NCBI RefSeq assembly: GCF_006345805.1
Contig: NC_043002.1
Span: forward strand, 111,104,001-111,168,000
Length of the DNA: 64,000 nt
Direction of reading: 5' to 3'
Source: Octopus sinensis
Lineage: Eukaryota
The notes below the pieces were generated by a model. The model saw only the letters and a program-made list of their open reading frames with translations. It made no database searches and was not told where the DNA came from. The first letter of the stretch is position 1. Every line of letters starts with the position of its first letter. Below are positions 39,165 through 51,018 of the stretch, piece by piece. Position numbers and translations under genes: made by a program.

Positions 39165-39718
39165 TACCTTCCTTCTTGTGACACTTGTGAAGACCTGTTG
39201 AGGCAAGTGAGAATCGAATCGAACCAAATCAAAATAGATGAACATCAATGGAATTTGTATCCTTGTGGTACCAGTGCCGGTGGCACATAAGAAAACCATC
39301 CGAACGTGATCGTAGCCAGTACCGCAACGACTGGCCTCCGTGCTGAGGGCACGTAACAAACACCATCCGAGCGTGGCCGTCCGCCAGCCCCGTCTGGCTC
39401 CTGTGTCGGTGACACATAAGAAAACACCATCCGAGCGTGGCCGTCAGCCAGCCTCGTCTGGCACCTGTGTCGGTGGCACATAAAAAACACCATCCGAGCG
39501 TGGCCGTCTGCCAGCCTCGTCTGGCACCTGTGTCGGTGGCACATAAAATCACCCACTACACTCTCGGAGTGGTTGGCGTTAGGAAGGGCATCCAGCTGTA
39601 GAAACACTGCCAGATCTGACTGGCCTGGTGCAGCCTTCGGGCTTGCCAGACCCCAGTTGAACCGTCCAACCCATGCTAGCATGGAAAGCGGACGTTAAAC
39701 GATGATGATGATGATGAT
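39165..39718 (+). mobile_element. RTE LINE 3' end (family C) with 4-5 minisatellite units
   Basis: gaagacctgttgaggcaagtgag ORF end; ~63-bp units gtcggtggcacataa..caccatccgagcgtggccgtc..ccagcctcgtctggcacct; (gat)n tail. Confidence 0.9.
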
Positions 39719-39987
39719 AAATTCTATCAGTATAAAGGATAAGGTGCAGAATAATTTGGTACAGATTGTTATATTTTATAATAAACACAGAATTTGTGTT
39801 TATTAACATTTAGCAGAAGTAACAGAGTGACACAAGGTCTGAAAGTTTTGCGCATTGGCACTTATCAAACTAGTCACAGGTCAAAGACCTATGAGTTTAT
39901 ATAGCTGTTGATTAATATATTTCTCTCCAGATTGTTCTAGAACAAACCATAATAATGTCAGGTGAATAATTCAAATGAGAAGCTTAA

Positions 39988-40193
39988 CCCTTTAGTGTTT
40001 GCATTATTCTGCCAAAATTAATCCTTTTTTATCCACATTGTTTTGAACTAATCAGGCATTATCTTGTAGCTATGAGATTTTGATGAGGTAGCTGTTAATT
40101 TTTAGAATGATATTGTAGGGTTGGTGTGAGAGACCAGATATGGCCAGTTTGAACATAAAACAGGCAGAATACTTTTGGCCGGATATGGCCGGT
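39988..40193 (-). mobile_element. MITE family E lacking its last terminal bases, abutting the next MITE
   Basis: TTAA|ccctttagtgtttgc...ggatatggccggt then TTAA and a new ccctttag. Confidence 0.85.
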
Positions 40194-40197
40194 TTAA

Positions 40198-40418
40198 CCC
40201 TTTAGTGTTCAGATTATTCTGTCAAATGTGATATTTGTTTATTTATATTGCTTTGAATTAATCCTGCATTATCTTGTAGTTTAGAGATTTCAGTGATGTG
40301 ATTTTTTTAGTTTTAGAATGACATGGTAGGGCTGAGGTGAGAGGCGAGATCTGGTCAGTTTCAATATAAAACAGGTTAAATATTTTGGCCGGATATGGCT
40401 GGTTTGAATGCTAAAGGG
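40198..40418 (-). mobile_element. Diverged MITE family E subfamily (221 bp)
   Basis: TTAA|ccctttagtgttcag...gaatgctaaaggg|TTAA; many internal differences from the other E copies. Confidence 0.85.
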
Positions 40419-40500
40419 TTAACATGAATTGGATGTAGATGGAGAAACCATTATACATTTATCTATTTGAGATTTGTTTATTTCTCCTCTTTATTTATAT

Positions 40501-40541
<41 letters not shown>

Positions 40542-40707
40542 TCTCTATTCATCTTAAAGTGACGGTTTTAAATGGCAAAATAAAGTTGTGAATAGAAGCT
40601 TTAATTTTGATGTGAAGAAAATGTTGGCTGAAGATTGGTGAACACAACATTCTACAAAGATCAAGTGTATACATTTGTATGTATAGGCATACGTGTTAGT
40701 ATATCTG

Positions 40708-41197
40708 CACGGCACGTACAAAGCACCCACTACACTCGCGGAGTGGTTGGTGTTAGGAAGGGCATCCAGCCATAGAAACACTGCCAGATCAGACTGGAGC
40801 CTGACTTCTGTGCCGGTGGCACATAAAAAGCACCATCTGAACGTGGCCGATGCCAGCGCTGCCTCGACTGTCTCCAGTGCTGGTGGCACATAAAAAGCAC
40901 CATCCAAACGTGGCCGATGCCTGTGCCACCTTGGCTGGGTTCCGTGCCGGTGGCACGTTAAAAGCACCAACCGATCGTGGCTGATGCCGGACCCCGCCCC
41001 TCCCGCACCTGTGCAGGTGGCACATAAAAAGCACCCACTACACTCACGGAGTGGTTGGCGTTAGGAAGGGCATCCAGCTGTAGAAACACTGCCAGATCAG
41101 ACTGGAGCCTGATGCAGCCTTCTGGCTTCTCAGACCCCGGTCGAACCGTCCAACCCGTGCTAGCGCGGAAAACGGACGTTAAACGATGATGATGATG
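40708..41197 (+). mobile_element. RTE LINE 3' end (family C) with rearranged duplicate of the terminal block
   Basis: aaagcacccactacactc...cagactggagcctga at ~40722 and again at ~41029; (gat)n tail. Confidence 0.88.
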
Positions 41198-41524
41198 TAC
41201 AGGATTTAATGATCCCATTAGCACCTGCCTTTATGTGAAGATAAGTTGGATTAGTGTTCTATTAACAGTCTGAGTGATATGTTCTGTCAAAGAGACCAGC
41301 TATGTCTTTGCATGGATTGTATGCCCTTGACTGCAAGGACTGTCAGGACAATCTTAGTCTAATCACTGCCATCATTAGTTAAGCTCTTGCCCGTTGATAT
41401 AGCAGCATTTTAATCCTGGATTGGTTGAGAGTTCAATTCAAGGGTTTAAATTCTTGGGTGTAAGCTCACATTCCTGGCATACTTGGAAATGTCATTCCCT
41501 CCTTTTTTCCAGAAAAGTTTCACC

Positions 41525-41678
41525 GGCTGTGTGGTAAGTAGCTTGTTTACCAACCACATGGTCCCGGGTTCAGTTCCACTGCGTGGCACCTTGGGCAAGT
41601 GTCTTCTACTATAGCCTCAGGCCGACCAAAGCCTTGTGAGTGGATTTGGTAGACGGAAACTGAAAGAAGCCCGTCGTA

Positions 41679-41750
<72 letters not shown>

Positions 41751-41955
41751 TTTGTGTGTCTGTGTTTGTCCTCCTAGCATTGCTTGACAACCGATGCTGG
41801 TGTGTTTACGTCTCCGTTAATTAGCGGTTCGGCAAAAGAGACCGATAGACTAAGTACTAGGCTTACAAAAAGAATAAGTCCCGGGGTTGAGTTGCTCGAT
41901 TAAAGGCGGTGCTCCAGCATGGCCGCAGTCAGATGACTGAAACAAGTAAAAGAGT
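41525..41955 (+). mobile_element. SINE family A
   Basis: Match to consensus from ggctgtgtggtaagtagc. Confidence 0.92.
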
Positions 41956-42654
41956 ATGAGTTGTACCTAAACTGCTTGTCCACCTCATTTAAAATTTTGG
42001 TTTGCAAAGGATTTTCTGTTAACTTTCTTTTACAAGAATATCCTATTAAATGATTTGATTTCAAAACTGTCAATATAAACAGATATCTTTTATTTATAAA
42101 CTTTGTATTTTATGTTTATTTGTAGATTTTTATCTTTTTTCTTTTTGTAATTTCTCTTTTATTGTTCTTTCTTTCTTTCTTTCTTTTCTGTAGTTGTATT
42201 GATTTTCTTTTAAATCAGATTTAATTTGAATGTTCACTTAATTCTATTGATATATTTCTGTCAGCTATCTGAAGTATTCTGTACAAATGTTGCTGTCATC
42301 TTATGTATTCAAGAAATATTGCCTTTATAAATGTGCTCCGTTCACTAATTCGATAGTTTATTTGTTGTTTCCAAAAAGGAAGTTTGTAGAAAATTTCTTT
42401 ATGTATAAGCTTTGTTAGGTTGAGTGAGATTAAATTACTGATACATAGCTTGATATGTTTCCCTTTTTATTAGTCTATCCAAAGAAGGAGAGATGGCACA
42501 TGCCTGTAGGCTTTTCATATACTCCTTTATCTGGAAAACAAAAACAATTAGGTGACATTAACAGAGTTAATGTACAGTTTTTTTTAATTCTTGAAGATTA
42601 TCGTTGGTTGGGAGGGGCAAAAAAAGTGTGCTAGGAAAGTGTGCCAAAATGCAA

Positions 42655-42757
42655 ATATATGGGAAACTTACCACCTGTGTCATCTCTTGTGAAAGGTAAG
42701 AGAGTCCAGTTTGCTGGACATTGTTGTAGAGCTGAAAAAGAGCTCATATATTTGACA
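42655..42757 (+). mobile_element. Short non-LTR retrotransposon C-terminal relic (RTE/RTEX-like), cut by a Helitron
   Basis: YMGNLPPVSSLVKGKRVQFAGHCCRAEKELI resembles the R.RFAGHC.R motif near the end of RTE-group ORFs (from memory). Confidence 0.55.
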
Positions 42758-43154
42758 CTAGCGGTATCGCCCGGCGTTGCTCGAGTTTGTAAGGGAAATA
42801 ACTATATAAGCATTTTTAGAGATGTAAAGTATAATAGCCATCTCAATATGGCTAACCACAAGGGGGGGGGTGTTACTGTAGCTTTTTACGTTCTGAGATT
42901 TAATAATAAATTTTTAGAGAGTTACTTCCCTTATATATGCCAAAAATGCATTAAAAATGGGAAAAATTGATGGTAAATTTTTTTTTAAATCGTAGACTCA
43001 TCGTAGACGCGCGCTAATACCCAGAAGGGCTCAATATGAATCACAACTGTAAGATACCCGGTTTTGGTTAAACTGCACCACAAAATGTGGGAGTAGTTAG
43101 GAATCTAAATCGTAGGAGACAGACAGCACACAACCTCTCTTTTATATATAAAGA
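42758..43154 (-). mobile_element. Non-autonomous Helitron, family D, intact termini
   Basis: Minus strand A|TCtttatatataaaagagagg ... ctcgagcaacgccgggcgataccgCTAG|T. Confidence 0.9.
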
Positions 43155-43507
43155 TGAGTGAGACACATAAGTAAAAGAAAAGTTTTAAAGCAATATTTGT
43201 TGTATTTTCACCCGTGTCTAGTTTTTCTCAACTAGAGTCCATATAACCTTAGGAGTTCCATGTAAGACTTTAGGGAGTCCATGCAAGCAAAATTGTAAAT
43301 TGGGGATACACAACAGTATTTTAAGGGACCATGAACAAATTTTGCTTTAGAAGTATTTATTATAAGAAACAGCTATTTTCTTTAATGTTTTACAGTTCAA
43401 CTTGCACAAGTTATTGTGTGTAAAACAAAATAGGAATTTAGAAAAGAGTATCTATACAACTACTTTTTAAATGTTGAATGACTATGAGGATCCACTAAAA
43501 TAAAATA

Positions 43508-44065
43508 TTGGGTCATCCCATAAATAGTGTGTTTTTTTTTGGGGGGGGAGGGTTCAATTGGAGGGGGACGGGATAAACTTGTTATAAGAGCAGGTAGTAA
43601 TTTTACCTTGTACTTATTCTTAGTGCAAGTTTTGAAGAGTGCAGTTCGATTTTAACAGTTATTTTTTCAAAACTATAATGGAAGTGACAAAGGAGCATAT
43701 TCAGTACATTTTGCTTTATGAGTTCAATAAAGGCAACAATGCAATGGAAAGTGCGAGGAATATTAATGGTTGGCGTTAGGAAGGGCATCCAGCTGTAGAA
43801 ACTCTGCCAGATCAGATTGGAGCCTGGTGCAGCCATCTGGTTCGCCAGTCCCCAGTCAAATCGTCCAACCCATGCTAGCATGGAAAGCGGACATTAAACA
43901 ATAATGATGATGATGATGATGGGGATTGGACAATAAGTTTAAGCCAATGTCAACAGTGGTTCCAGAGACTCTGAGCCAGAAACTACAGCCTAGAAGACAA
44001 ACCTCATCCTGGAAGATCTGTAGAGCTTGACAAAGATGTCCTGCAAACCCTGGCGGAACAAAATT
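43508..44065 (+). mobile_element. Partial second mariner copy (5' TIR plus N-terminus), interrupted by an RTE tail
   Basis: TA|ttgggtcatcccataaata TIR; KEHIQYILLYEFNKGNNAMESARNIN; resumes at ggggattggacaataag after 43920; matches the reverse complement of 13660-14057. Confidence 0.85.
43768..43920 (+). mobile_element. RTE (family C) 3' end inserted in mariner
   Basis: ggttggcgttaggaagggcatccagctgtagaaac...cattaaacaataat(gat)n. Confidence 0.88.
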
Positions 44066-45075
44066 TTGGGTGGTAAAGAATTCTATTTTCAAGCAAGGAG
44101 CTAAATAACTTATCACATTAATTTTTTGTCGTTACAGTTTAACATCAAATTCTTATTGGCTCAATTTTATATTTCAACTTCCATAAATCTGTACCAATAT
44201 AAAAATAGAATGTTTGTTTATGCCAGAATATGAAACCATTGCAAGTTAGACTTGTCTATCATCTCAACTAATTGAATTAAAACCTAAACTACATGAAATT
44301 AGAAAACATGGGAAAAAAATTACTGATTGGTAACTTTCAGTGTTAAGAATGATGAATTGTGAGAGATGCTAAGAAGCTGAATGCCAAAAAATGGATGAGC
44401 GAGCCATATAAGTAATTTAATAATTATCCTGAGTTCAGTGAGCAGAAGCAATATGAAGAAGAGAATTTGATAAATGACCAAAAGTTAAGGTCTTTTTATG
44501 CATACCAATTGAATAAATGGAAATAAAAATAGAAGTGGTGTGTGCTGTTCAGTTGTAAGTTAAAGTAGTTTAGCATTCTGGGCATAACTATTCTTTTCTA
44601 ACAAAAGGACCTGCTGAGAATTTTAGATTTTATTACAATTCACTGCTCAACAATCAACATCTCTTCTATTTTACTTCCAAGCTATTTTATGCTGATTCTG
44701 ACTACCAAATCCAGTGATTATTCTTAATTGGGTGACTGACATCAAGAGATATTAACATATTTGTGCTCTCATAAATTTCTCTCTAGTGCAACATCATTTG
44801 GCAACATCTTTTTTACCTTCTTGTTACTCACAATGTTTCACCCCTTATATTCTACTAAAATGTAGTACTTCTAAGAATTGATATATTATTTATTTTTTTA
44901 TTATTGAAACTTGGAAAGAAAATTGAACCCACATTTATGAAATTTCAACATAAGATAGGCAATCTTTTGTGTTAACTTCTGTTGTGACTTTTGTAGATGA
45001 CAGTTTTCATACAAAACATTCTTGCCTTCCAAGTGAAGATCTCTTGGTCTAATTTTAATTACAAATGTCTTTTAA

Positions 45076-45296
45076 CCCTTTTGTTACCAACCCGGCCAAA
45101 ACCACCTCTGGCTCTGTAGTACAAATGTCTCATTTTCAAAAGTTCTGAATTAAAATCTTCCACCAAACCTTAGTCACAATTTATGTTCTTAACACTAGCT
45201 TAATGATAACTAAGTTATTTTACTAAATTCTTTGTTATATTTAAAGTAGCTGAAAGAAACACAAAGCATCTCAAAATAAATACAGTAACGAAAGGG
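45076..45296. mobile_element. piggyBac-type MITE, family F (221 bp)
   Basis: TTAA|cccttttgttac ... gtaacgaaaggg|TTAA; 12-bp TIR with one mismatch; interior unlike family E. Confidence 0.85.
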
Positions 45297-46385
45297 TTAA
45301 ATGACACACCTCAAGGCCTTCCTTTAACTGGAGTTGTTTTGTGAGGTAACACACATTATTTCTGCTGAAAAGTAAGAAATATTTTGTTTGTTTTTTTTTT
45401 TTGTCTCAACCAACATCCTTTATGAAGTTAATAATAGTGCAGCAGAAACAATACTGTTTTCAGCTGTGAGTTAAAGAGCTCTGTCCCTGCTGACTGTGTA
45501 CTAAAGAAGATCATTCATCTACTTAACTTTTAAAATTTCTGAATTAAGAGTATGCAGTCTTCGAAACATGTGTTGAGAGTAAAGGAATTTTGTTAAAATT
45601 TTCGTTCGACTCCATTCTTTCATTTATTCATATAAAAAAAATAGTGGAACTTAGAATTGCAATAGAGTTTATGTAGAGCAAGATTATTTATTTAAAAAAT
45701 GTATAAAATGAATGAATAATTAAATAGATACAGCTAATTTAACTTATTCTCTGAAATAATATTAGCAGCCATTAATTAATCTTTTTTTTCCCCTTTTTCC
45801 CTCTGTGTTAATCTTAATAGTTTTATGATGCAACACTGATCTTATTTGACATGAAAATTTTAAAAATTCCTAGTTCAGTTCCTGAAACATTGTTTTGTGT
45901 ATCTGTTGTGATGAAGGGAAGAGGATAGCATGATGATGATATATATATATTCATTCATTCATTCAGGGCTAGTTTGATGGCAGAAGGTAGACTGCAAAGT
46001 GTTAATCTGTATGTTGTTATTAGTTCTGCATGGTATCTGTATTTGAAAGATCTAATTTCTTAAATGGACCACTCAGTGCAGTGTAGCGGCAATTGACTGT
46101 CACGGGCAGTAGCAGTATTGTAAAATTTATGAATGCTTTGTTTGCATGTAGTGCTGAGTTCAACTGTTCCTGTGAGTAGTGTAGCTTGGAAAATTGGGAA
46201 AATTATTTCAATGTCCCTGTGACCCACGAGGTTATGAGACTCCCAAACACTTAGATGTTTTATATTAATTTGTTACATTTCTAATCTTTACCTAAGTCAT
46301 ATCTAGATTATCTGTTGCCACTAGTAAATTTCTCTGTAATTTTATAAATATAAAAACAGATTTACCGGTTATTATATATATATAT

Positions 46386-46795
46386 AGGCGCAGGAGTGGC
46401 TGTGTGGTAAGTAGCTTGCTAATCAACCACATGGTTCCGGGTTCAGTCCCACTGCGTGGCACCTTGGGCAAGTGTCTTCTACTATAGCCTCGGGCCGACC
46501 AATGCCTTGTGAGTGGATTTGGTAGACAGAAACTGAAAGAAGCCCGTCGAATATATGTATATATATATATATATATATGTGCGTGTGTGTGTTTGTGTAT
46601 CTGCGTTTGTACCCCTAGCATTGCTTGACAACCGATGCTGGTGTGTTTATGTCCCCGTTACTTAGCGGTTCGGCAAAAGAGACCGATAGAATAAGTACTG
46701 GGCTTACAAAAGAATAAGTCCTGGGGTCGAGTTGCTCGATTAAGGGCGGTGCCCCAGCATGGCCGCAGTCAAATGACTGAAACAAGTAAAAGAGA
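46386..46795 (+). mobile_element. SINE family A
   Basis: Full match. Confidence 0.92.
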
Positions 46796-47328
46796 ATATC
46801 TAAAAAAATATGTGGGTGTTTTGGGTTTTTTTTATTTTTGTGGTGGGGGTAATTTTACTCTATTATTGCTGGTACTTACCAAAAGAGCTGATCAAAAATT
46901 TGAATACATTAATAAACTTTAGCTATCTTGTCTTTATTGAGGGTCTGTTAATTTAATATTTAGTACTTAAAAACATATAATCCCCATACTAAAAAGAAAA
47001 TACTCACCAGATAAAATTTCTGTGATAATTAAAACTTTTGAAACACCGTATTTTGATTGGGTCATATACATTTACCACCAAAATTAGTTTGTAGTGAATA
47101 CTTTTATTTCTGATGCAGTCAGAACCATTTCTAAAGAAAATTGATCAAGTAAGCATCTAGAACTACTCATCTGTCCTGTTTTTGTTTTAATGTTCTTCTC
47201 TTAAGATATCTTCCTAATAGCTTGTTTATTTTTACCTTTTGAGCAATCTTCTATATCATAATACATTGAAATAGTGCTTCAGGATATTTGCCCAAATAGA
47301 GACAAAAAACAAAAAAAAAAACTTGACT

Positions 47329-47735
47329 AGGCGCAGGAGTGGCTGTGAGGTAAGTAGCTTGCTAACTAACCACATGGTTCCCGGTTCAGTCCCACTGCGT
47401 GGCATCTTGGGCAAGTGTCTTCTGCTATAGCCCCGGGCCGACCAATGCCTTGTGAGTGGATTTGGTAGACGGAAACTGAAAGAAGCCTGTCGTATATATG
47501 TATATATATATATGTGTGTGTGTGTGTTTGTCCCCCTAGCATTGCTTGACAACCGATGCTGGTGTGTTTACGTCCCCGTCACTTAGCGGTTCGGCAAAAG
47601 AGACCGATAGAATAAGTACTGGGCTTACAAAGAATAAGTCCCGGGGTCGATTTGCTCGACTAAAGGCGGTGCTCCAGCATGGCCGCAGTCAAATGCCTGA
47701 AACAAATAAAAAAATAAAAAAAAAAAGAAAAAGTA
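47329..47735 (+). mobile_element. SINE family A
   Basis: Full match, A-rich tail. Confidence 0.92.
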
Positions 47736-48527
47736 AGTATCTTTTTAAATGTTATCACTGCTCACTCAGTGATTGTCTGCAGTGGCCTCAGCCTCTCAAA
47801 TCGTTCTTACAAAAGTGTTAAGCTGTGAGCATTCATAGCAACATTTGTTTTCCAGTACAATTCTAGCCTTTTTTCTATCATGTGTTGACTAGTTTAACTT
47901 TACAAAGGGTGCCCCCTAAACACAAAGCAGCAGGAACAAAAGCTTTCTTATTCAGCATTGGGGCTACTCTAGCTGTTGCTATGAGCAACCCTATCTCAAT
48001 AGTTTTTATGTTGTGTACCATGCCACTAACAATATAAAAAAAGTAGGGTGGAGTGTAAGGCTCTGATTATTTTACCGGTGTCTAGCTAGTATTGCTAAAA
48101 TTTCTTTTCATCTACAACTTACCTAGACGTTTAGTGAAGCATAAGAGGATGTGATTCTATAGTTAATGTAAATTCATATTTTTTCTACTCATTGCTCTAT
48201 TGACTAACTCTTCGTTTTCCAATTTGTGCTGCTGACAAAACCCCTTAATTTAAGATACTGTGGTTGGTAAAAAAAATCTGAAGCTGTTGTTTTATTTCAT
48301 TCTACTAGTTACCTACTTAACCTGAAAATATAAACAAACAAACACACACACACACACACTGCTATATTTTAAATTATCTCACCCACATCCTCTAAAACAA
48401 ACACCAGCATGCATTCACATACAAACACTCTCTAACTCTAACTGATCACTTGAGTCACTTTATTGTCTTGTGGTTTCCTTGCACTGTACTTACTTTTTGA
48501 GAACCTTCTAGCATCTTGTCTATTTAT

Positions 48528-48912
48528 ACTCTTTTACGTCATTTGACTGCGGCCGTGCTGGAGCACCACCTTTAGTCGAGCAAATCGACCCCGGGACTTA
48601 TTCTTTGTAAGCCCAGTACTTATTCTATCGGTCTCTTTTGCCGAACTGCTAAGTGACAGGGACGTAAACACACCAGCATCGGTTGTCAAGCAATGCTAGG
48701 GGGACAAACACACACACACATACACACACACTTATATATACATATATACAACAGGCTTCTTTCAGTTTCCGTCTACCAAATCCACTTACAAGGCATTGGT
48801 CGGCCCGGGGCTATAGCAGAAGACACTTGCCCAAGGTGCCACGCAGTGGGACTGAACCCGGAACCATGTGGTTGGTTAGCAAGCTACTTACCACACAGCC
48901 ACTCCTGCGCCT
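48528..48912 (-). mobile_element. SINE family A
   Basis: Reverse complement of consensus. Confidence 0.92.
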
Positions 48913-49460
48913 ATTTCTACATTTAATTTTGAATTGGTTTTCAATTTTGATTTCCCCCCCTGTTCCCATTTGATATAAATCTTAATCCAGATGTTTTCTT
49001 TCCTATCTTCTCATTGATTCTCTAATTCTTTCCATTAATTATCTTTTATTCTTTTTTTACAATCCCCCCCCCCCCCCGTTCAACACCATTTTTCTTGCTG
49101 AAGCAAAAGTTAGTTTTGTTTATTTTTATTGTTTCATTTTGTCTCAACAACTTGCTAGTGAGTGAGTTAATATTGATTTTATTTTAGAATCGGTATTCAA
49201 GAGTAGCATTGTAGTATTCTAACGAGTAGGCCTTTTGAAATGGGTCTCTTTTTATGTTTTTTTATACATTTATTGACCTGGTGTAATTTTTTTAAATATT
49301 CACTTTTGATTTAAAATTTCTGTTTATAAAACTATTAATTTTTCTAGTTTAAGTATGTTTTATATGATAGATTATGTGGATTGCTATTGATATCATTACT
49401 GAACAAAAAAATAACATTTTCTTTATTTTAAAGAATAGCATTGTAATAGTTAAATTGGTA

Positions 49461-49842
49461 TCTCTCTATATAAACGGCAGTTTGTCTGTGTGTGTTTCTG
49501 TGTGTCTGTTTGGTTGTACCCTCACCCTGACCATGGCTTTCAACCGATTCTGATGAAACTTGACACACACATAGCCCAATGTCATAATTCAAAACTAACG
49601 CAGCGAAAATTTTGAAAAGTTCCCCCAGTTCTGAAAAAAATCGATAAATTCGACATGGGGTCGAGAATCAGAAACACAAACCACAGACTGTCATGGGGAC
49701 GCAACTCGACCTTTTTTAACTCTCAAAAAAATTTACCATCATTTTTCCCCCATTTTTTTGCTATTTTTTGGCTATAACTCTCTAAAAATGCTTTATAGTT
49801 ATTTCCCTTACAAACCTGAGCAACGCCGGGCGATACTGCTAG
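49461..49842 (+). mobile_element. Non-autonomous Helitron with family-D 3' end and a different 5' two-thirds
   Basis: A|TCtctctatataaacggc 5' end; cctgagcaacgccgggcgatactgCTAG|T 3' end. Confidence 0.88.
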
Positions 49843-49983
49843 TCTGTTATAAAGGAATAGCCTCCTTATTCCATTTTCATAAGTAGGATAGTTCTTAAAC
49901 CCTCTTCCATAGTTACAATGAAACTTTAAAATGAACTATTATTTATAACCCACCACACACACACACACACTATTTTAAGCATT

Positions 49984-51018
49984 TGTAGGAATACGACCGA
50001 CCGACCGTATGTGAGGAGGTTGGTGACATAGGTCTCCTTTAGTATGCCGCACGGTCGCATCCCTAACAAAATAGGATAAGCCATAATACAACTTACATAA
50101 TACAGTGCCAACAGAATATAAATGAGTGACAACAAGCCGTTTCACTGTTTGAGAGAAGAGAAGATTTTATTAACAAGGTGTTAAAGTGATAGTGTTGTGT
50201 ATGTGTGCATGCAACAAGTGTTTGTGTCTGTGTGTTTGTGTGTGTGAGACAGATACAAAGGTGAATGTGTATGACAGAGAAATACAGAGTATAAGACGAA
50301 AGTCTCAGCCTAGTGTTAAGATGGAATTTAGATTACCAGTTCATGCATGAAGTACAGGATGTGCAAGAATTCCATACAAGAAGTTGTGTCTCGAGGCGGA
50401 GGCAGGTTGGGCGAAAATGCTGTGCCGCGGTTGTAGCCTCAAAGCCGAGCTGGGTCTCTTAATATAGAATTCTTCAGATGGACTGTTTTACTTGGTGAAA
50501 GGTTCACTCTATCAACGTGAGTCTGTGTAGCTGGTGTGTATATATCTGAAGTTGACGATGGTAGAGACAACGTAAAGTTGGTTCGATGATGGTGACGACG
50601 GCGGCGGAGATAGAAGCCGTTCTGCCTGTCGTTGGTGTAATAGTGTCGTGGTGGTTGGCTGACTGGTCGTCTGTCGCTGGAAACTGGAACATGGCTGAGT
50701 ACGATGCTGGTCAGTGACTAGACTTGACCTTAAAGGTCTAGAGTCAAAGACCCTGTATACTGAAAGCAAGCCCTTTATATAGAGGAGAAATGGCTCAAAC
50801 AGAGCCTAGGAAAAAGGGTGTCACAAGACCTTAACCAGAGGCCGTGATTAGTTGGCTTTGCACAGTGGCGCAAAATAAGTAGAGACAAACTGCGCCACAT
50901 GCCAACCAATCAGATCAGTGGACACAACAGGAACAACCCAGCCAAAGATGGCTGTAATCTCAAACGAGATCATTCCTGCTGTGTCTCTCAAACAGTGAGG
51001 ATATCAGATACCACTACA
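49984..51018 (-). mobile_element. Solo LTR (1035 bp), probably Ty3/Gypsy
   Basis: TGTAG...CTACA termini, 4-bp TSD CATT (49980-49983 and 51019-51022); on the minus strand TATATAAA (50781-50774) precedes AATAAA (50171-50166). Confidence 0.8.

Noticed and set aside
39280-39560. Regularly spaced ~63-bp repeats resembling a CRISPR array
   Set aside because: The 'spacers' are homologous to each other, the array lies in an RTE 3' UTR, and the context is eukaryotic with no cas genes.
43219-43500. Possible hAT-type MITE remnant (tagtttttctcaactagagtcc...)
   Set aside because: Only a weak resemblance to cagtggttctcaac termini; no second TIR or 8-bp TSD found.
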